Positions 12,986-26,689 of a DNA stretch of 64,000 nucleotides are shown here, one piece after another. The stretch's first letter is position 1, and each line of letters opens with the position of its first letter. Origin of the DNA: Balanoglossus misakiensis. Its lineage: Eukaryota; Animalia; Hemichordata. Both the position numbers and the translations under genes were made by a program. The DNA is taken from NCBI GenBank assembly GCA_040954595.2, contig CM082585.2, positions 820,814 through 884,813 of the forward strand, written 5' to 3'. Below the pieces are notes generated by a model. It was not told where the DNA came from. It was given only the letters and a program-made list of their open reading frames with translations, and made no database searches.

Positions 12986-15200
12986 TTTCTTTGAAACTGC
13001 TTTTTTGATGGCTTTGAAATATGGTAGGAATATTCCTAGGGGTAACCCAATTTTTAGCTCACCTGAAAATCACGTGAGCTTATAGTTTAGCGATGTCTGT
13101 GTATGTGTGTGTCTGTCTGTATACCCGATATCTCAAGAACCGCTGAACCGATTTCAACCAAATTTAGTACACAGGTTCAGATATCATATGGCAAGAACTG
13201 AAAAGGTTTTGGTGGGTGTGGCTTTGATATTAATGAAGTTATTAAAGTTTTAATTTTTCTATTACATGGTTGTCTATGAGAGCTTTCGTTAATGCTGCAT
13301 ATATGACCAGTGGAAACGATAGTTTGAGGAGATCGACTGTTTGAGGGCGCTGTGAAATGAGACATTCCTGGCGATATTGCCGTGGTTCTGTCCATGCTCA
13401 GACGCTGTACCCGTCGTTACGAATAACTTCCCTACGTGAATCCACAAGGAAGCTAACGTTGTTTAGTTGCTTCATAGAGCGTAAATTGTTAATCTACAGG
13501 ACCGTCAGACGAATACTCTTTTCAAATGAAGTTTGAAACCACTTACGAGTAAGTTAGTGGAGACAATATGGCGGATAGTTGGCGTGCAGCCGAATCCGCG
13601 TTATGACTATGACGTGACCCATTCATCAAGACAAACCGTAAATGATTCACGCATATTGTGGTCCTCACGCAGTCAATCTCAAAATGTCACCAGGCTTTCT
13701 ATTTGTCTATTGTTCAGAGAAAAATAACATGGCGGTTGATCACACTCAACAGTAAAATCCGTTTTGTGTGTTTATAGACAGTCTGTTATCGCCAATACTA
13801 TATAGCGATTGCTAGATGGCCTACCCAATATGTGATCGAGCGAGAATGATAACATTGAATGTCTGTTCAGATCTCATTCCGTACGTCATACGTCAACATT
13901 TCGATTTCGATTTAATCCATTCATAAAGAATTTAGAGAAAGTCGTCTTGAATTGTGACCCCGACTATCAATTAGTTTACGATGATTTTTTGGCGACGGAA
14001 TACACGAGATGCCATTGCATAACTACGTCAGCTGGACTTCCAAGGTTACCATTTTGTGTGTATGGAATCTTATCACAGAGCCTACGTACTTTGACAATAT
14101 GCCATGCTATATCAATGACGCCCCAGAAAATTTGTCAAAAAATGAATTTGTCTTCTCATGGTGGTGCAATATATTTTAATGTCTATTTTGAGGTTGATTT
14201 TGGTTTTTGGCTAACATGTATATAAATGTCAGCTTATAGCATAAGTTGGTGTCCGTCGGCTATGTATGTCTGTATGTGTGCCTCATACAGAATTATGTAT
14301 TTTGTGAATGGATCAGTTTCGTCTTAATGTATTGATGTATGTATGTGTATGTCCATCAACATCAAAAACTTGAAACTACTGATATTTAGTGTGTACATAG
14401 AAATTGTTATTGCGAAAAAATGCATACTGGTATTAACTGGAAAAATGTTCAAATAGTCAAAATTGAAAAACTTAATAACAGCGGATCAGATTAAGTTAAA
14501 AATTGGCGTGCATTGGTGTGCAAGTACTTTGGGAAGACCTCGTATGATTTTGTTCAGGTGGAGTCAGTATCTGGCGTTTCCTATTTTTTATGATTTTTTT
14601 GGGGAATTTTCTGCAGTTTTGTTAAAAAAAAATTTTCTCTGAAATTACATGTCCAATTGATTGGAAACTTGGTATGGAGGTTCATAGGGCTTACCTGAAT
14701 CACATTTGTGCAAACGGTGGTGAAATTTGCAAAAATGCATTTTTGGGCAATATTTCCTGTTTTTGCCAAAAAATCCAATCCTGTGAAATGTAGGTGCAAT
14801 TGTTTTGATACTTTGTATTTGGGTTTCTAGGGGTGATCTCAGTCAGATATGATCAAATTGTAATGAAATTTGCATAATTGTATTTTTTGGGAATTTCTGC
14901 AGGGTTTGGCCAAATAGTCTTCGGTAATACCACAAGTCCAATTGGTTGGAAACTTTGAATGGGAATTCATATATGTGATATCAGTCAGATTTGTCTGAAT
15001 TTCCTGTTGTTTGCCAAAATGTCTTCCTTATTGAAACTTGTTAAAGAGGTTCTTAGGCATGAACAGAAATCAGATTTGTTGAAATCTGGTGAAATATTCA
15101 TACTTTTTGGTATATTTCTTGCCATTTTTGATCAAAGAGTTTTAGAATTCCATAGACTTATTATTTTTATGCAGTTCAGGATGGGGTACATGACTCATAA
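11708..15200 (+). mobile_element. Cluster of Helentron-associated (HINE/DINE-1-like) non-autonomous elements, starting at ~11710, 12231, 13051 and 14205
   Basis: Each has a T-run, a short hairpin (aggtcccat...tgggacct or agctcac...gtgagct), a (TATG/TGTC)n microsatellite and degenerate AT-rich core repeats. Confidence 0.55.
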
Positions 15201-15597
15201 CCCCTTACAAAAATTGACAAGGCAACAATTCCACAAACATGTTTACATTTCACAATGGTGCAACACACAACCCTTACACCATATACACTATAAACCAAAA
15301 TGGTTTAAAACTGGTTTTTCTAATCTTGTTATTCTGTCAACCAATCACAGTACTGCACGTGAGCATATTCAGTTAATATCTGGTTCCTGATTGCTTTGGA
15401 AGTTAGTTAACAATTTCATAACACATGTACATGTATGTGCAACTTTGATTAAATTCTGGTTGTCAATATTTAGGTAGTTTGTTGTAAGTTTCTTTGTTTT
15501 TGGATAGCAAATCTTTTTAACCAATTGCTCAGTTTCTTTGAAAGTTACTGTTAACAAGGAGAGTTAGTACACCCAACTTAGACTTTTACACCCAACT

Positions 15598-18500
15598 TAG
15601 AGCTACTATGACTGGTTACTAACTTCTATATCTATTTGATTCACAGATGCTGCCTGAAATTGTCTGCATTTCAACTCGGGATTCTCTTCCTCGTCTGGGG
15701 CGAGTTTAAGACCGCTCAATGGTAAGCATGACTTGCTGTATATTTGCTTTTATCGGGCGTGGCACAACCAAAACAATAGGAAACAATGTATGTCTACGAA
15801 CTAATTTACACCTTCCAGTTATCAATACTTTTTTCCTTCGAATTCTAGCCTCGATTGCCTGTGATATGATCGTGATGACATGAATTAAATGGTCAAGTTC
15901 AAATCTTCATGTGAAGCATAAATTAAATTTGGATGCATTTCCTTAACCATATAGCTAGAAATTACTCCCATACCAATACACGGGGAGATACCGTAATTTT
16001 GGCTGAAAGTGTGCTAGTCCAACACTATGCTTCATCAAACTGGCTAAGAGATCTATTATTATATATAGACACATGAAGGAAAGTAATGTTGTTTATAGTG
16101 AAATAAAACAATACCTTAGGCCACAAAGAAAAATATAGATCACGACACAAACAGGCTGGAGTTTTTTTCAAAAATGTGTGCATAAGATCATATTGGCCCA
16201 TGGTAATCAAAGCCAAAGCAGCCCAGTTCCAAATTCGAAACTCAGCTCAGTACCAGAAACTTGCTCAAAGCTACCAAATGCACAGAAAGTTTTGAGAATC
16301 TAGATGAAAAATCACCAAGCGACTAGTGCGCTTGTCTATGTTCAATGTGTCTTCCCTGGTAACAACATGTACTTCTGCCACCATGCCATGAGATATACTG
16401 ACAGCCACGTTTGAAACATTTTAGTATACTGATATTCAAAGTTTAAATGTAAAGGCTTACTTTTCTATAGTAAAATAAATGTTTTATAATTGCCAACAAT
16501 TTACATTCTTGCGCTAATCAGTTGTATGAAAAGTGAGGTGGATCAAATGTAAGTTTCATGTTCACAACAAACATTAAGAAATCATTGTACAGTGTTACGT
16601 AGATGTCAAAGTGTGTGTACACCTGTCGTTTACAGATATGATGTCAGTTTCACTTGTCACCTAACTGCCATGTTTGTGGTATACCCATGTGGACCACTTT
16701 ACTGCAGTACTGATGTAAATGTTTCAAGATCGCTGTTACAGATTTCTCTGATTCGTATTCCACGTACATTATCGCAGCACAGTCTGACCCTATATTATAC
16801 CATGTTTTGCATATTTTCACTAATTAGTATGGCCCAAATAATTCTAAAGCAAGGTTGATTGGTTACTAATTGATAAGCATATATTTGATTCACAGTCTTA
16901 AACACAGCATTTCAACGTATGCCGGAGGAGGAAGAGAATACCTAGGCCTGATCCAAGACCGCTTTCCGGTAAGCACAACTTGCTGTATACATGCTCCATA
17001 GCTTGTTTGTAAAGGCTACCTTTTCCCATCAAATAGTGAAGTCGCCCTTTCAAAATTATGGTGGTGGTAAGCCACAACTGGTTATCATGGAGAGCCCCAT
17101 ATAAACTTACCAGCCCACGCTAGCCATGACTTTACAAATGTTTCCGTCATACTATGCAGAAAATTCTGGCTGCCTTAAATAGGTTTTCACTTTGCGCTAG
17201 GGGGTCAAATCACATTGCATTCTGGGCGAAAAGTCTACAACCCACTGTAGTAAGAGGTGGAAGAAATGATACATTTTGTGTATTTCATGCTTTGGTCAAA
17301 CATGTCTGTCTCCGTAGTTAGCATATTAAACTCATTAAATGTTTTTCACATTTTGTTATTTTGTCTGTTATGACCCATTATCACTTTAGCTTTAGCTTAG
17401 GCTCCATTCACAAACACCTCTGGATGGGGGGGGGGGGAAATTCAATTTTTTACTGCTAATTTTCACATGCCCCCCCCCCCCTGTACACAACCCGAAATAT
17501 TTTCAAATCCCCCACCCCCTTCTGAACTGCCAAAATTTTAAAATCCCCCCCCCCATTTTCTTTCACAGAGCAAAACACATCACTTATCTATCTTGTAAAA
17601 AAGAAAAACAGCGCTCCCATGAAAAGACTTTGAAACTGATGTTTCCCCTCATCAGTGGGTATTAAAACTGAACATGGTTTTTATTTTTTAAGTATTTGTA
17701 TTCTGTGTTGGGAGACATTGTAAACCGGGAATTGAAGGGGGTGGGTGTGGGAAGGGGTGTCCCCCTCCCACGTAAGAAAATGTTGTAAAATACAGAGCTC
17801 AAAGCTGCATTTTTATGAACCCGGCAAAAGCAAATTAACTCAACTACCAGTATGTTGGGGAGGATAAATTTAACCGTCGCCGCTCAAAGTTATCATGGGG
17901 TGGGGGCAAGTCCCCTGACATGGGACACTAGATAAACCAGTTAATGATTGAAAGGTGTTGATGAAATAGCTACATGCCTATTGTTAACAAGCAGCTGACT
18001 GTACTGAAAGAATGGAAGTGTTGTGTACCTATTTTACATATTCAATATTTGTAATTAGACCATGTCATGTATATCTTGGGGATTGCTCGATCGCAATGTC
18101 TCTGCTGGTACAATGTCCTTTTAACTTGTACAGTAATATGGTAGTGATTGTAAGTTTGTGTACGGCATTTGTAAGTTATTTTCAATTTATAATTTTTTTG
18201 TAAGTTTCTTCATTCTCAAATTGCTTGCCTAACGTACTGCTTTAAAATTTAAATTTTGGTATGATTTTGAGTAGACTTTTTGTTTCAAAATTATTTTCGA
18301 CACTTGACATTTTTGGGTGATATGATTTTACATGGAAAATCTGATTTCCCTGTAATTCGGTTGACAGGATTTTCACAATATCTCTAAATCATGAAGTACA
18401 TGTATCAGAATTGCATCAGGCCCCCAAAATTCTAGTCAAGTACATGTATCAGAATTGCATCAGGCCCCCAAAATTCTAGTCACCCTTGGCAAGTAATATT

Positions 18501-20845
18501 AGCCATTGTTGTCCAAGGACGTTGAAGGTACAATTGGTTTTTAAACTTACTATGTAGGCATTTTATCAGAATTATTAGGTCCCATTTGGTGCAGGTATAT
18601 GTATTTATACCATGGGACCTTATGGGATCAGTTGCACCTGTATATATGGATGTCTGTATGGATGTTTGTCTGTATGTCTATCAATATCAAACACTTGGAA
18701 ACCACTGGCATGTGACCTTGATATTTAGTGTGGAGATGCAGGCAGGGCATTAAGTGGGAGTTGTCAAAATGAACTTGTCATTGCCAAAATATGCAAATTA
18801 GCTGGGAAAGTGTCAAATTCGTCCAAACTCGGGAACTCGACAACTACTGAGCAAATTGCTTTCAAAATTGAAAATTGGTATTCCTGTAAGTTATGTTAAC
18901 CTCACACAGTTCTATATGTTGTGAGCTAATGTGAATTTTCGATTTTTTATGTATTTTTTGTCTCTTTCCACATTATCGGTAGAAAATCTGCTTTTCTGGA
19001 ATTGATCAGCTGACTTATTTGAAATTTAGTATGAAGCTTCATAGGTGATCTGAGTTATCATAGTTTTGTAAGGTCCCATTTGCTTTACCATGGGACCTTA
19101 TGATATCGGTGGATGTATGTATGTATGTCTGTATGTCCGTCCACATCACAAACTTGAAAACCGCTGGGCATATGACCTCGATATTTGGTGTGTAGATGCA
19201 GGCCAGGCTGAAGATTGGAGTTTGTTCAAATGAAGCTGTCATTGCCAAAAATATGCAAATTAGCTAGGAAAATGTGAAATTGGTCAAAACTCAAACTCAA
19301 CAACCACTGGTCACATTCATTTGAAAATCAGTATGCATGTACCTTATGTCTACCTCAAACAGTCCTGTATGTTTTGAGCTAATATTATCGATTTTTAATT
19401 TTTTATGCCAAAAATCTTTTATGCATTTTTTGTATTATTCCACATTATTGGTAAAGAAATCATCATTTCTTAAAGTTATAGGCCTCATTCTTTGAATTTT
19501 AGTATGAAGCTTCTAATGGTTGTCTGAGTAACCAAAGTTTTGTTCAAATTTGCATATTTTAATTTTGAGCAATTTTTGCCACTTTTGGTCATTTTTTTTT
19601 CTTTAAAACTGCATGCCAGATTGATTTGGTAGGCATATTCCTAAGGGTAAACTGAGTAAGATGTTGTAAAAATGTTTTAGTATATATTGTGTTATTGGGG
19701 AAGGGGGGGGGGGGGGTTACTCAAACATTTATAACACCCAGCAACTTTTGGTACTGGCAGGGTTTGTCCTCCAATGATTTCAACATCCTGCTAGGAATAC
19801 AACCTCTCCTCAACTTTATAAATATAGGGCATGACATTGCAGGTTTTTTGAGAACACTGTTTAAAATAACCCTCATCAAGCCTGTTAACTTATTTAGACA
19901 GACTATTATCCAGAATGAAACGAACATGGATGCAATAAAAAGATCTTGTGCAATAAACACCAAGTTGATCATAACAATTATTTGCTAAGTACAACATGTA
20001 CATCACTAATAGAAGTTATGGCTATAAGCATAAACCTGTTTGTTTTGCTATCTTCACTATTCATATTATCTGACTATATTAATACATTTGCAAGCATACT
20101 GTTTCAGACATAGCGAATTTGATAAACATCTACAAATATATTTTTACCTGTTGAAGTTATCAAAATCCAGACACTTGACAAAAGGACATTTTTCATCCCC
20201 TCTATAGATTGATAGTCTAACATAGCAGGCAATCACCCTAATCTCTGAAGCCTTCATAAAAAGTTGTTGGCCAGAATGAAAGCTTAGGGGGACGTAGGAT
20301 TTCCTACTTTTTAGGTTATTTTTTCTATGGCCCCAAAAAGCTATGACAAAAAATTGATGACCCCCTTGGAATTTATAATTCCCCCCCCCCCCCTATCATA
20401 CCCTGTCCATATTCTTATAAATGTCAATAAATGCCATACAGTCCTGTATGTTTTGTTTTGAGCTAATATTATGAATTTTCTATTTTTATTGTTTTGTCTT
20501 TTACTGCATTATTGGTAAAGAAAAATCTTCCTTTCTGAAAGCCATAGTTTTTGTTCAAATTGCAAATTGTTGTGAAATTGGTATATTTATAATTTTGAGC
20601 AATTTTGTAATTTTTGCTCAGAATGCAGATTCCTAGGGGGGTAACCCAAGTAAGGTGTTGTAAAAGAATTGTTTAAAAAATAAAAATATATTTGTAGATG
20701 GTTATCAAATTCGCTGTGTCTGAAAGAGCTTGTCAGATTGCTTTGAACTTTGACAGGAATGTTCCTTGTAGTGATTTAAGTAAGATGGTGTACAATTATA
20801 GTGATTTTTGCATATTTGTGTTTTTGCCACTTTTGAACAAATGTA
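15598..20845 (+). repeat. Local segmental duplication, copy 2
   Basis: Same blocks as copy 1; near-identical spurious ORFs at 11092 and 18012. Extra segments at ~16170-16783, ~17395-17950 and ~19690-20420. Confidence 0.9.
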
Positions 20846-21147
20846 GTTTTGTTTAACCCCCATCTTACCCTATCCATATTCAAATAAATATGAAAAGAAA
20901 TTTCTCACAGATATTATTTACTTTGATAATACTATCATTTGTGCAACAACTAATCAATCAAACAGTCAATAATCATAAATTGGGAGTTCAAAAATATCTA
21001 TAAGGGAGATTTAAAACCCCGTTAGCAACAACTGTTTGCCATGTTTTCAGTATTAATGTTTTGTGTAGCTTCTGCAGTTTTTAGGTCCCATATGGTATGT
21101 ACCATGGGCCTTATGGAATCAGTTGCGTCTGTATTTATGTATGGATG

Positions 21148-21349
21148 TACTGTATTTTCGCGAGTTAAATTTTTCGCGATATCGAGAGAGGCCACTGTTT
21201 CGCGAGTATTAATTTTCGCGTTCTCTTATTTCATTCACTGCATCGTTATCTTCAAAAACAATTTACGCGACTTTTTATTTTCACGTTATTTTGGCTCTCG
21301 CGTATTAGGCGAAAATTAATTGCTCGCGAAAATAAAGTGTTTTACAGTA
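21148..21349. mobile_element. TA-flanked ~200-bp MITE (Tc1/mariner-like), nested in a HINE microsatellite
   Basis: Ends tactgta...tttacagta with internal ttttcgcg/cgcgaaaa motifs. Near reverse-complement copy of 42421-42631. Confidence 0.8.
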
Positions 21350-23044
21350 TGTCTGTCTGTTTGTATGGATGTATGTCTGTATGTCCGTCCACATCTAAAA
21401 CTTGAAAACCATTGTGCATATCACCTCGATATTTGGTGTGCAGATGCAGGCTGGGCTGTAGATTGGAGTTTGTTAACATGAAAATGTCATTACCAAATAT
21501 ATGCAAATTAGCTGGAAAATGTGAAATTGGTCAAAACTCGCAAAATTCAACAACTGCTGGTCAGATTGATTTGGAAATTGGTATGCAAGTACCTTATGCC
21601 TACCTCATACAGTCCTGTATGTTTTGAGCTAATTTTGATTTTCTATTTTTGATGCATTTGTTTGTATTTTTCAACATTATTGGTAAAAAATCTTCATATG
21701 AATCTAAAATTACCGTCGAATCATCCAGTGTGAGTTAGCACTGTAATTAGCAAAAGTTATAAATCCACAGTTACCCAGCAAATTTGATATAATGCTTCAC
21801 ATAGGTATTGGTTTTGAACATCCTTCAGAAAGGGTATGAATATTTTAAAATTTTTACTGTTGCAACCCAGACTAGTTTATTTCTGCTTAAACAGAGAAAT
21901 GACAACCGGATAGATTATTCTTCTGTACTAAAGACATATGCAGACACAAGAAATAGTCTGAACATTTTCAGTACATTACTAAAACAGTGTCGGTACATTG
22001 TACTATAAACTGAGGAAGATTAGTGACTATTGTTTGCCAAAAATGGTCCCAAGTCATTTCTCAAGCATAGCAGAATAGTAGCTTTGAGTAGCAAAGTGTG
22101 ATGATTTAAAATGTAAAAAGACAACACCAATCTCTAGCTCTGCTCTCAGCACTGCAAAAGTTATCTGACAGGTAGATAGATGTTCAGTCATCCTATGTCT
22201 GTCAACATTTTTCTTTTCTGAAATCACTGGCGCAAGTGCTTTTAAAATTGGTGTGCAGGTTTCTTGGGGTGGCGAAGTAATGTGTGTTCAAATTGTGTTG
22301 AATTCTGCATATTTGTAGTTTGGAACAAGTTTTTTGCTGTTTTTGGAAGAAAAAAGCTAAGCTCGTAGATTACTTTGACTATGCAGGTTTCTAGGTATGA
22401 CACAAGTTGTTTCTTCAAAATATGGTGAAATTTGCATATTTGGGGGGAAATTTTCTCTGAAATTTAGTATTGATCTCCCTGAGGTATGTGACATAATCTG
22501 TGATTTTGTATTTTGGAGACAGTTGCCTTTTTGTACAAACAAAAAATCTTGTCAGAATATGCATGTCTGATTGCCATGTCCACAGGGGTGATCTACTTTT
22601 ATTTACATTATAACCGAATCTGTAAAGTTTTCATAATGATCTTTAAAATAGGTACGTCTAATTGTTTTGATCTTTGGTATGAATTGTCCCTTGGTGATCT
22701 TAGTCAATGCTTTTGAAATTCCGCTGAATATTGCATTATTATTTTGTCTAAGTCTGAAGAGTAGTCATCATCTCTGAAACCCCTTGACCTAAGTCAGGTG
22801 TCAAATAGTACAATTTGCAGATTTGTTGCATTGGAGATATTGTTGCAGTTTTTGAAATTCAAGATGGCTGCCAATGTCTGTGTTAACTCTATGGAAAAAC
22901 ATTTATGTAAATACTTTTCTGAAAACAAGGCGGTGAACATCACATTTTTGTTTACAAACAGTAATAGAAATAGCTATCATTGTTTCTGAAAATCCTAACT
23001 TGTAGGATTCTTTTTCAATCTCTGGCATCAGCAGAGACAATTAA

Positions 23045-23776
23045 GGTGGCATTGCATGAAAAGTTGTGATTTTTGCCAAATTTTACTTTTTTACATAAAT
23101 CGGTAGGCCTAATACTCGCCCACATCCTGACTAATACGTCTTGGCGAAATGGTGCACAATCACCCCCAAATAGCACTTTTCTGAATGAGTTCACAGCTTA
23201 ACAAATAGGTGTCAACAATGCAAATGGCCGTTTTTCTCGGTTTGCATTTTCGCTGCTTTTGACAACTTCGGACTAAAATAGCTTCGCCCTGCATTGGCCG
23301 AATTTGCTCAAATTTTGACAGGGAATTGTGTATGACCCATCCAACAAAACGCTAGTTTTGTATGTCGATAAAGAGTCCCTAGCGGGAATAAACTCTGATT
23401 CAATACAACTCACCGTGAATTTGATCAAATTTTCAGAAAATCTAACTTTCAAACGCTGTTACTCCTCAATGGAAGCAGATAACGCAAAACAAAATTAGCG
23501 TTTTTTTGCACGTGTACTTTAGTTTCGAATGACATATTAAGATGCATGATGCATGGTCAACTTTTTTACCTATTTTAAATTTCATGACATAATATAAAAA
23601 AATGGGTTTTTTCGCCCAAAATCGCCACCATTTCCGGGGATCAATAATATTTGCAACTCAAACAAAAGTTCAAAATCTCAGCTTCCAGAATATATATGGT
23701 TTATGGGGGTTTAAACTTTGTCTTTGATGAGAAATAGGCCTCTGAAAAAGTCTCGACGGTTTCATGCAGTGCCACC
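23045..23776. mobile_element. TTAA-flanked non-autonomous DNA transposon (Kolobok-like), family B
   Basis: ttaa|ggtggcattgcatgaaa ... tttcatgcagtgccacc|ttaa. Confidence 0.88.
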
Positions 23777-25608
23777 TTAAACAACTCTATAAAGAGTCTT
23801 ATTGCTTAGTACTGGCACGAGGTGGTAAAAAGATGTGCAGCTTTTGACTTATTACAGGCTTACACTTTGTTAGTAATATGAGTCCCTATTGGTATTGTGC
23901 TGGGTTTTTAGGAGCTTGGGCCCCATTCCCTGGATATTTTTTACACCTTGCTCTGAAAACCTGCCACACCTATGCTTCTTGAATTTGTCACAGTTGTCCT
24001 TGCCAATGAGTGTGCACCTTGAAATTCAAATCAGTCATTTGACCTGGCAGCCATATTCAGTTGAAATTGTTAAATAAATGCAAATTAGCTGGGAAAATTT
24101 GAAATTGGTCAAAACCACTGGTCAGATTGATTTGACAAGTGGTATGCAAGTACCTTATGTCAACCACATACAGTCCTGTATTTTGAATAGTTTGAATGTT
24201 CTATTTTTATGCATTTTTTGCCTTTTTCCTCATTTTTGGTAAAACATCTACTTTTCTAAAATTGATGAGACGACTTCTTTGAAATTTAGTATGAAGCTTC
24301 ATATAGGTGATATGAGTTAGCATACTTTTGTTAAAATGTTGCAAAATTTGCATATTCATAATTTTGGAGCAATTTCGGCCGTTTTTGAATTTTTTTTTTT
24401 AAACCGGTTGTTACATTGCTTTGAAATTTGTTAGTCATATTAGGGGTAGCCCAAGTAAGATTTGCATGTATGTTTTTCAAATCAACTTGATGAATTGAAT
24501 AGTATATTTTTGGGATGATTTTTGCCATTTTCGGTCAAAACTCTTCTCAGAACCCCCCACAGTACGTGAAATATCCCATGAATCACTCTGGTTTGTACAA
24601 CCAGAGATTACTCGGTCAAACCAGGCAAAGTTCACATGTGTAGAGAAAATTGTAGACCACTAATACAAATTTTGAGAGCATGCTTTAAAGGCGAATCTTA
24701 TTGTCAATTACCATTTCAAATGATAAACAAAATCATGCATTATTGAAAGAGGAGATACAAATTTTATAAAATAAGCAATTGCATAGCCAGCCGATACAAA
24801 AAAGTTTGAAGTAAAACAGGGACACTTGAAACATTTGTTTAATCAAACAAAACGATATTGATTTTTTTCTATAGACAGAACAATGGAAATTTACATGTTA
24901 ACTTTCAACAGAGACTGGCCACCTCAGTTAGTCATTGCTTCTTTCCTCCTAAGTGTGACATTTGACGTACATGAATGAATACTTTGATTTCTATGGCTTT
25001 TAAATCTTGATTTTGAAATTTTCACTCTAATTCCTCAACATACTTTTTCTAGATAAATCTTAATACAGTTATATGTACTTCATATCATTGTTAGTATCTA
25101 AAACAGAAAGTAATTAAATGGACAATCTCGATGATACAAATCATGGAGAGTTGTGGGTAAAATATCGTACTGTGCCCCCTTTACCCCCACTGCTTTGAAA
25201 TTTGATTTGAAGGTTTCAGGGTTTGTTCTCATGATAATTTACAGATTGATTTGGCAATTGGTATGCAAGTACCTTATGTCAACCACATACAATCCTGTAT
25301 TTTTTTAACTAATAGTTTGAATGTTCTATTTTATGCATTTTTTGCCTTTTTCCTCATTTGTGGTAAAAAAATTTAGTATGAAGCTTCATGTAGGTGATAT
25401 GAGTTACAATACTTTTGTTGAAATGTTGCAAAATTTGCATATTGATAATTTTGGAGCAATTTCAGCCTTGTTTAATTAATTTTTTTTCTCTAAAACCGCT
25501 TGTTCCATTGCTTTAAAATTTGTTAGTCATGTTAGGGGTAGCTCAAGTAAGATTTGCATGTATGTTTTTCAAATCAACTTGATGAATTGAATAGTATATT
25601 TTTGGGGG

Positions 25609-25906
25609 ATCAAATCAAATCAAATCAAAACAAACATTTATAAAGCGCCAGAATCAATAACAATGTTATTTCCAAAGGCGCTGAAAGTATAACATCAGTG
25701 TTCGTAGGCTTTGACAAATAGAAATGTCTTGAGTTTTTGTTTGAAAATGTTGAGACTAGAAGCCTGTTGAATGTCAGATGGCAGAGAATTCCAAAGTTGT
25801 GGCGCGACAAGGGAAAAGGCACATCCACCATATGTTTTGAGTCTGTACTTTGGTACACACAACTGGTTCCTTGAGCTGGAGCGCAGAGCCCGACTAGGCT
25901 TATATG
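25609..25906 (-). mobile_element. 5'-truncated L2/CR1-group LINE 3' end
   Basis: The ORF2 C-terminus RAFS-like segment GGCAFSLVAPQLWNSLP...FKQKLKTFLF*, then a short 3' UTR ending gcgctttataaat and a (TTTGA)n tail. Confidence 0.88.
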
Positions 25907-26689
25907 ATTTTTGATTTGATTTGGTTTCAGGGTGATTTCTCATGATGATTTACAAAACCTATGACTGATTACTTTGAAATTTGAGTAGGAAGTTAATTGG
26001 ATGTGTTTGTTTAGATAATGGAATCAAATAAAGTTATTCATTCTTCACCTTCATTCTTCACCTCATTTCATTTATTGGCTGGTTTGTCTATTGTATCAGG
26101 GAAGAGTACTTGCCATCCCACCCCACCGATGCAAACTTTGAGTGGCAAAAGTAAAATTTGTCATAACATTGAGTTAATTTGCTTTTGGGCTCACTAAAAT
26201 GCAACTTTGAGCTCTGTATTTGTACAAAATTTTCATTAATTGGCTGGTTTGTCTATTGTACCAGGCCAGCATACATAAGATCAAGATGTTTTCGGGGCTG
26301 GGGGGGGGGGGGGCATCATATTTTATTGCCTCTCTATGTGTGAGTCTGTCTGTCTGTACTCCTGTGTAGACTTTTTCTAGTGTAATCACTAAATGAGACC
26401 ACAGTGTCCTTGACGCTATTTTTTGCGATTTTCAATGACCCTGGGGTAACCTTTGACCAGCTTTCATATATCTTGGTATTCACAGCAGAATACAGCCTTG
26501 GCATACCCTGGTAACCATGGGAACCGTTTGGGCCCAACCAATGGTGCTGGCAGCGTTAATTTTTAAATGATTTCTTCTTGTCGTTTTCTTTATCAATATG
26601 ATGACTTGACCTAATCAGATTATTAAAATAATTTCATTCTTTTTTTACATTAGGTTCTTTGGTAACACTGCTGCTGGAGGGAGTGTAAT

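Larger units (their letters stand above)
8236..16968 (+). other. Putative spliced small-exon transcript (lncRNA or small peptide); exons 8236-8298, 9161-9235, 10163-10235, 15647-15721, 16896-16968
   Basis: All five end in g|gtaagca. Four share the acceptor tttgattcacag, preceded by a branch-point-like tggttactaa(c/t). The exons are GC-richer than their flanks. Confidence 0.55.
18575..26030 (+). mobile_element. Further HINE-like elements and their degenerate core repeats, starting at ~18577, 19071 and 21078
   Basis: Same aggtcccat...atgggacct hairpin and microsatellite heads. The core motifs tgcaaattagctgg and gaaatttagtatgaagcttc recur. Confidence 0.5.

Noticed and set aside
17400-17950. Poly-G/poly-C runs as functional G-quadruplex elements
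   Set aside because: Such runs are scattered through repeats across the window with no specific context.
11092-18203. Near-identical short ORFs at 11092 and 18012 as a conserved gene pair
   Set aside because: The similarity simply reflects the local duplication; there is no coding signature.
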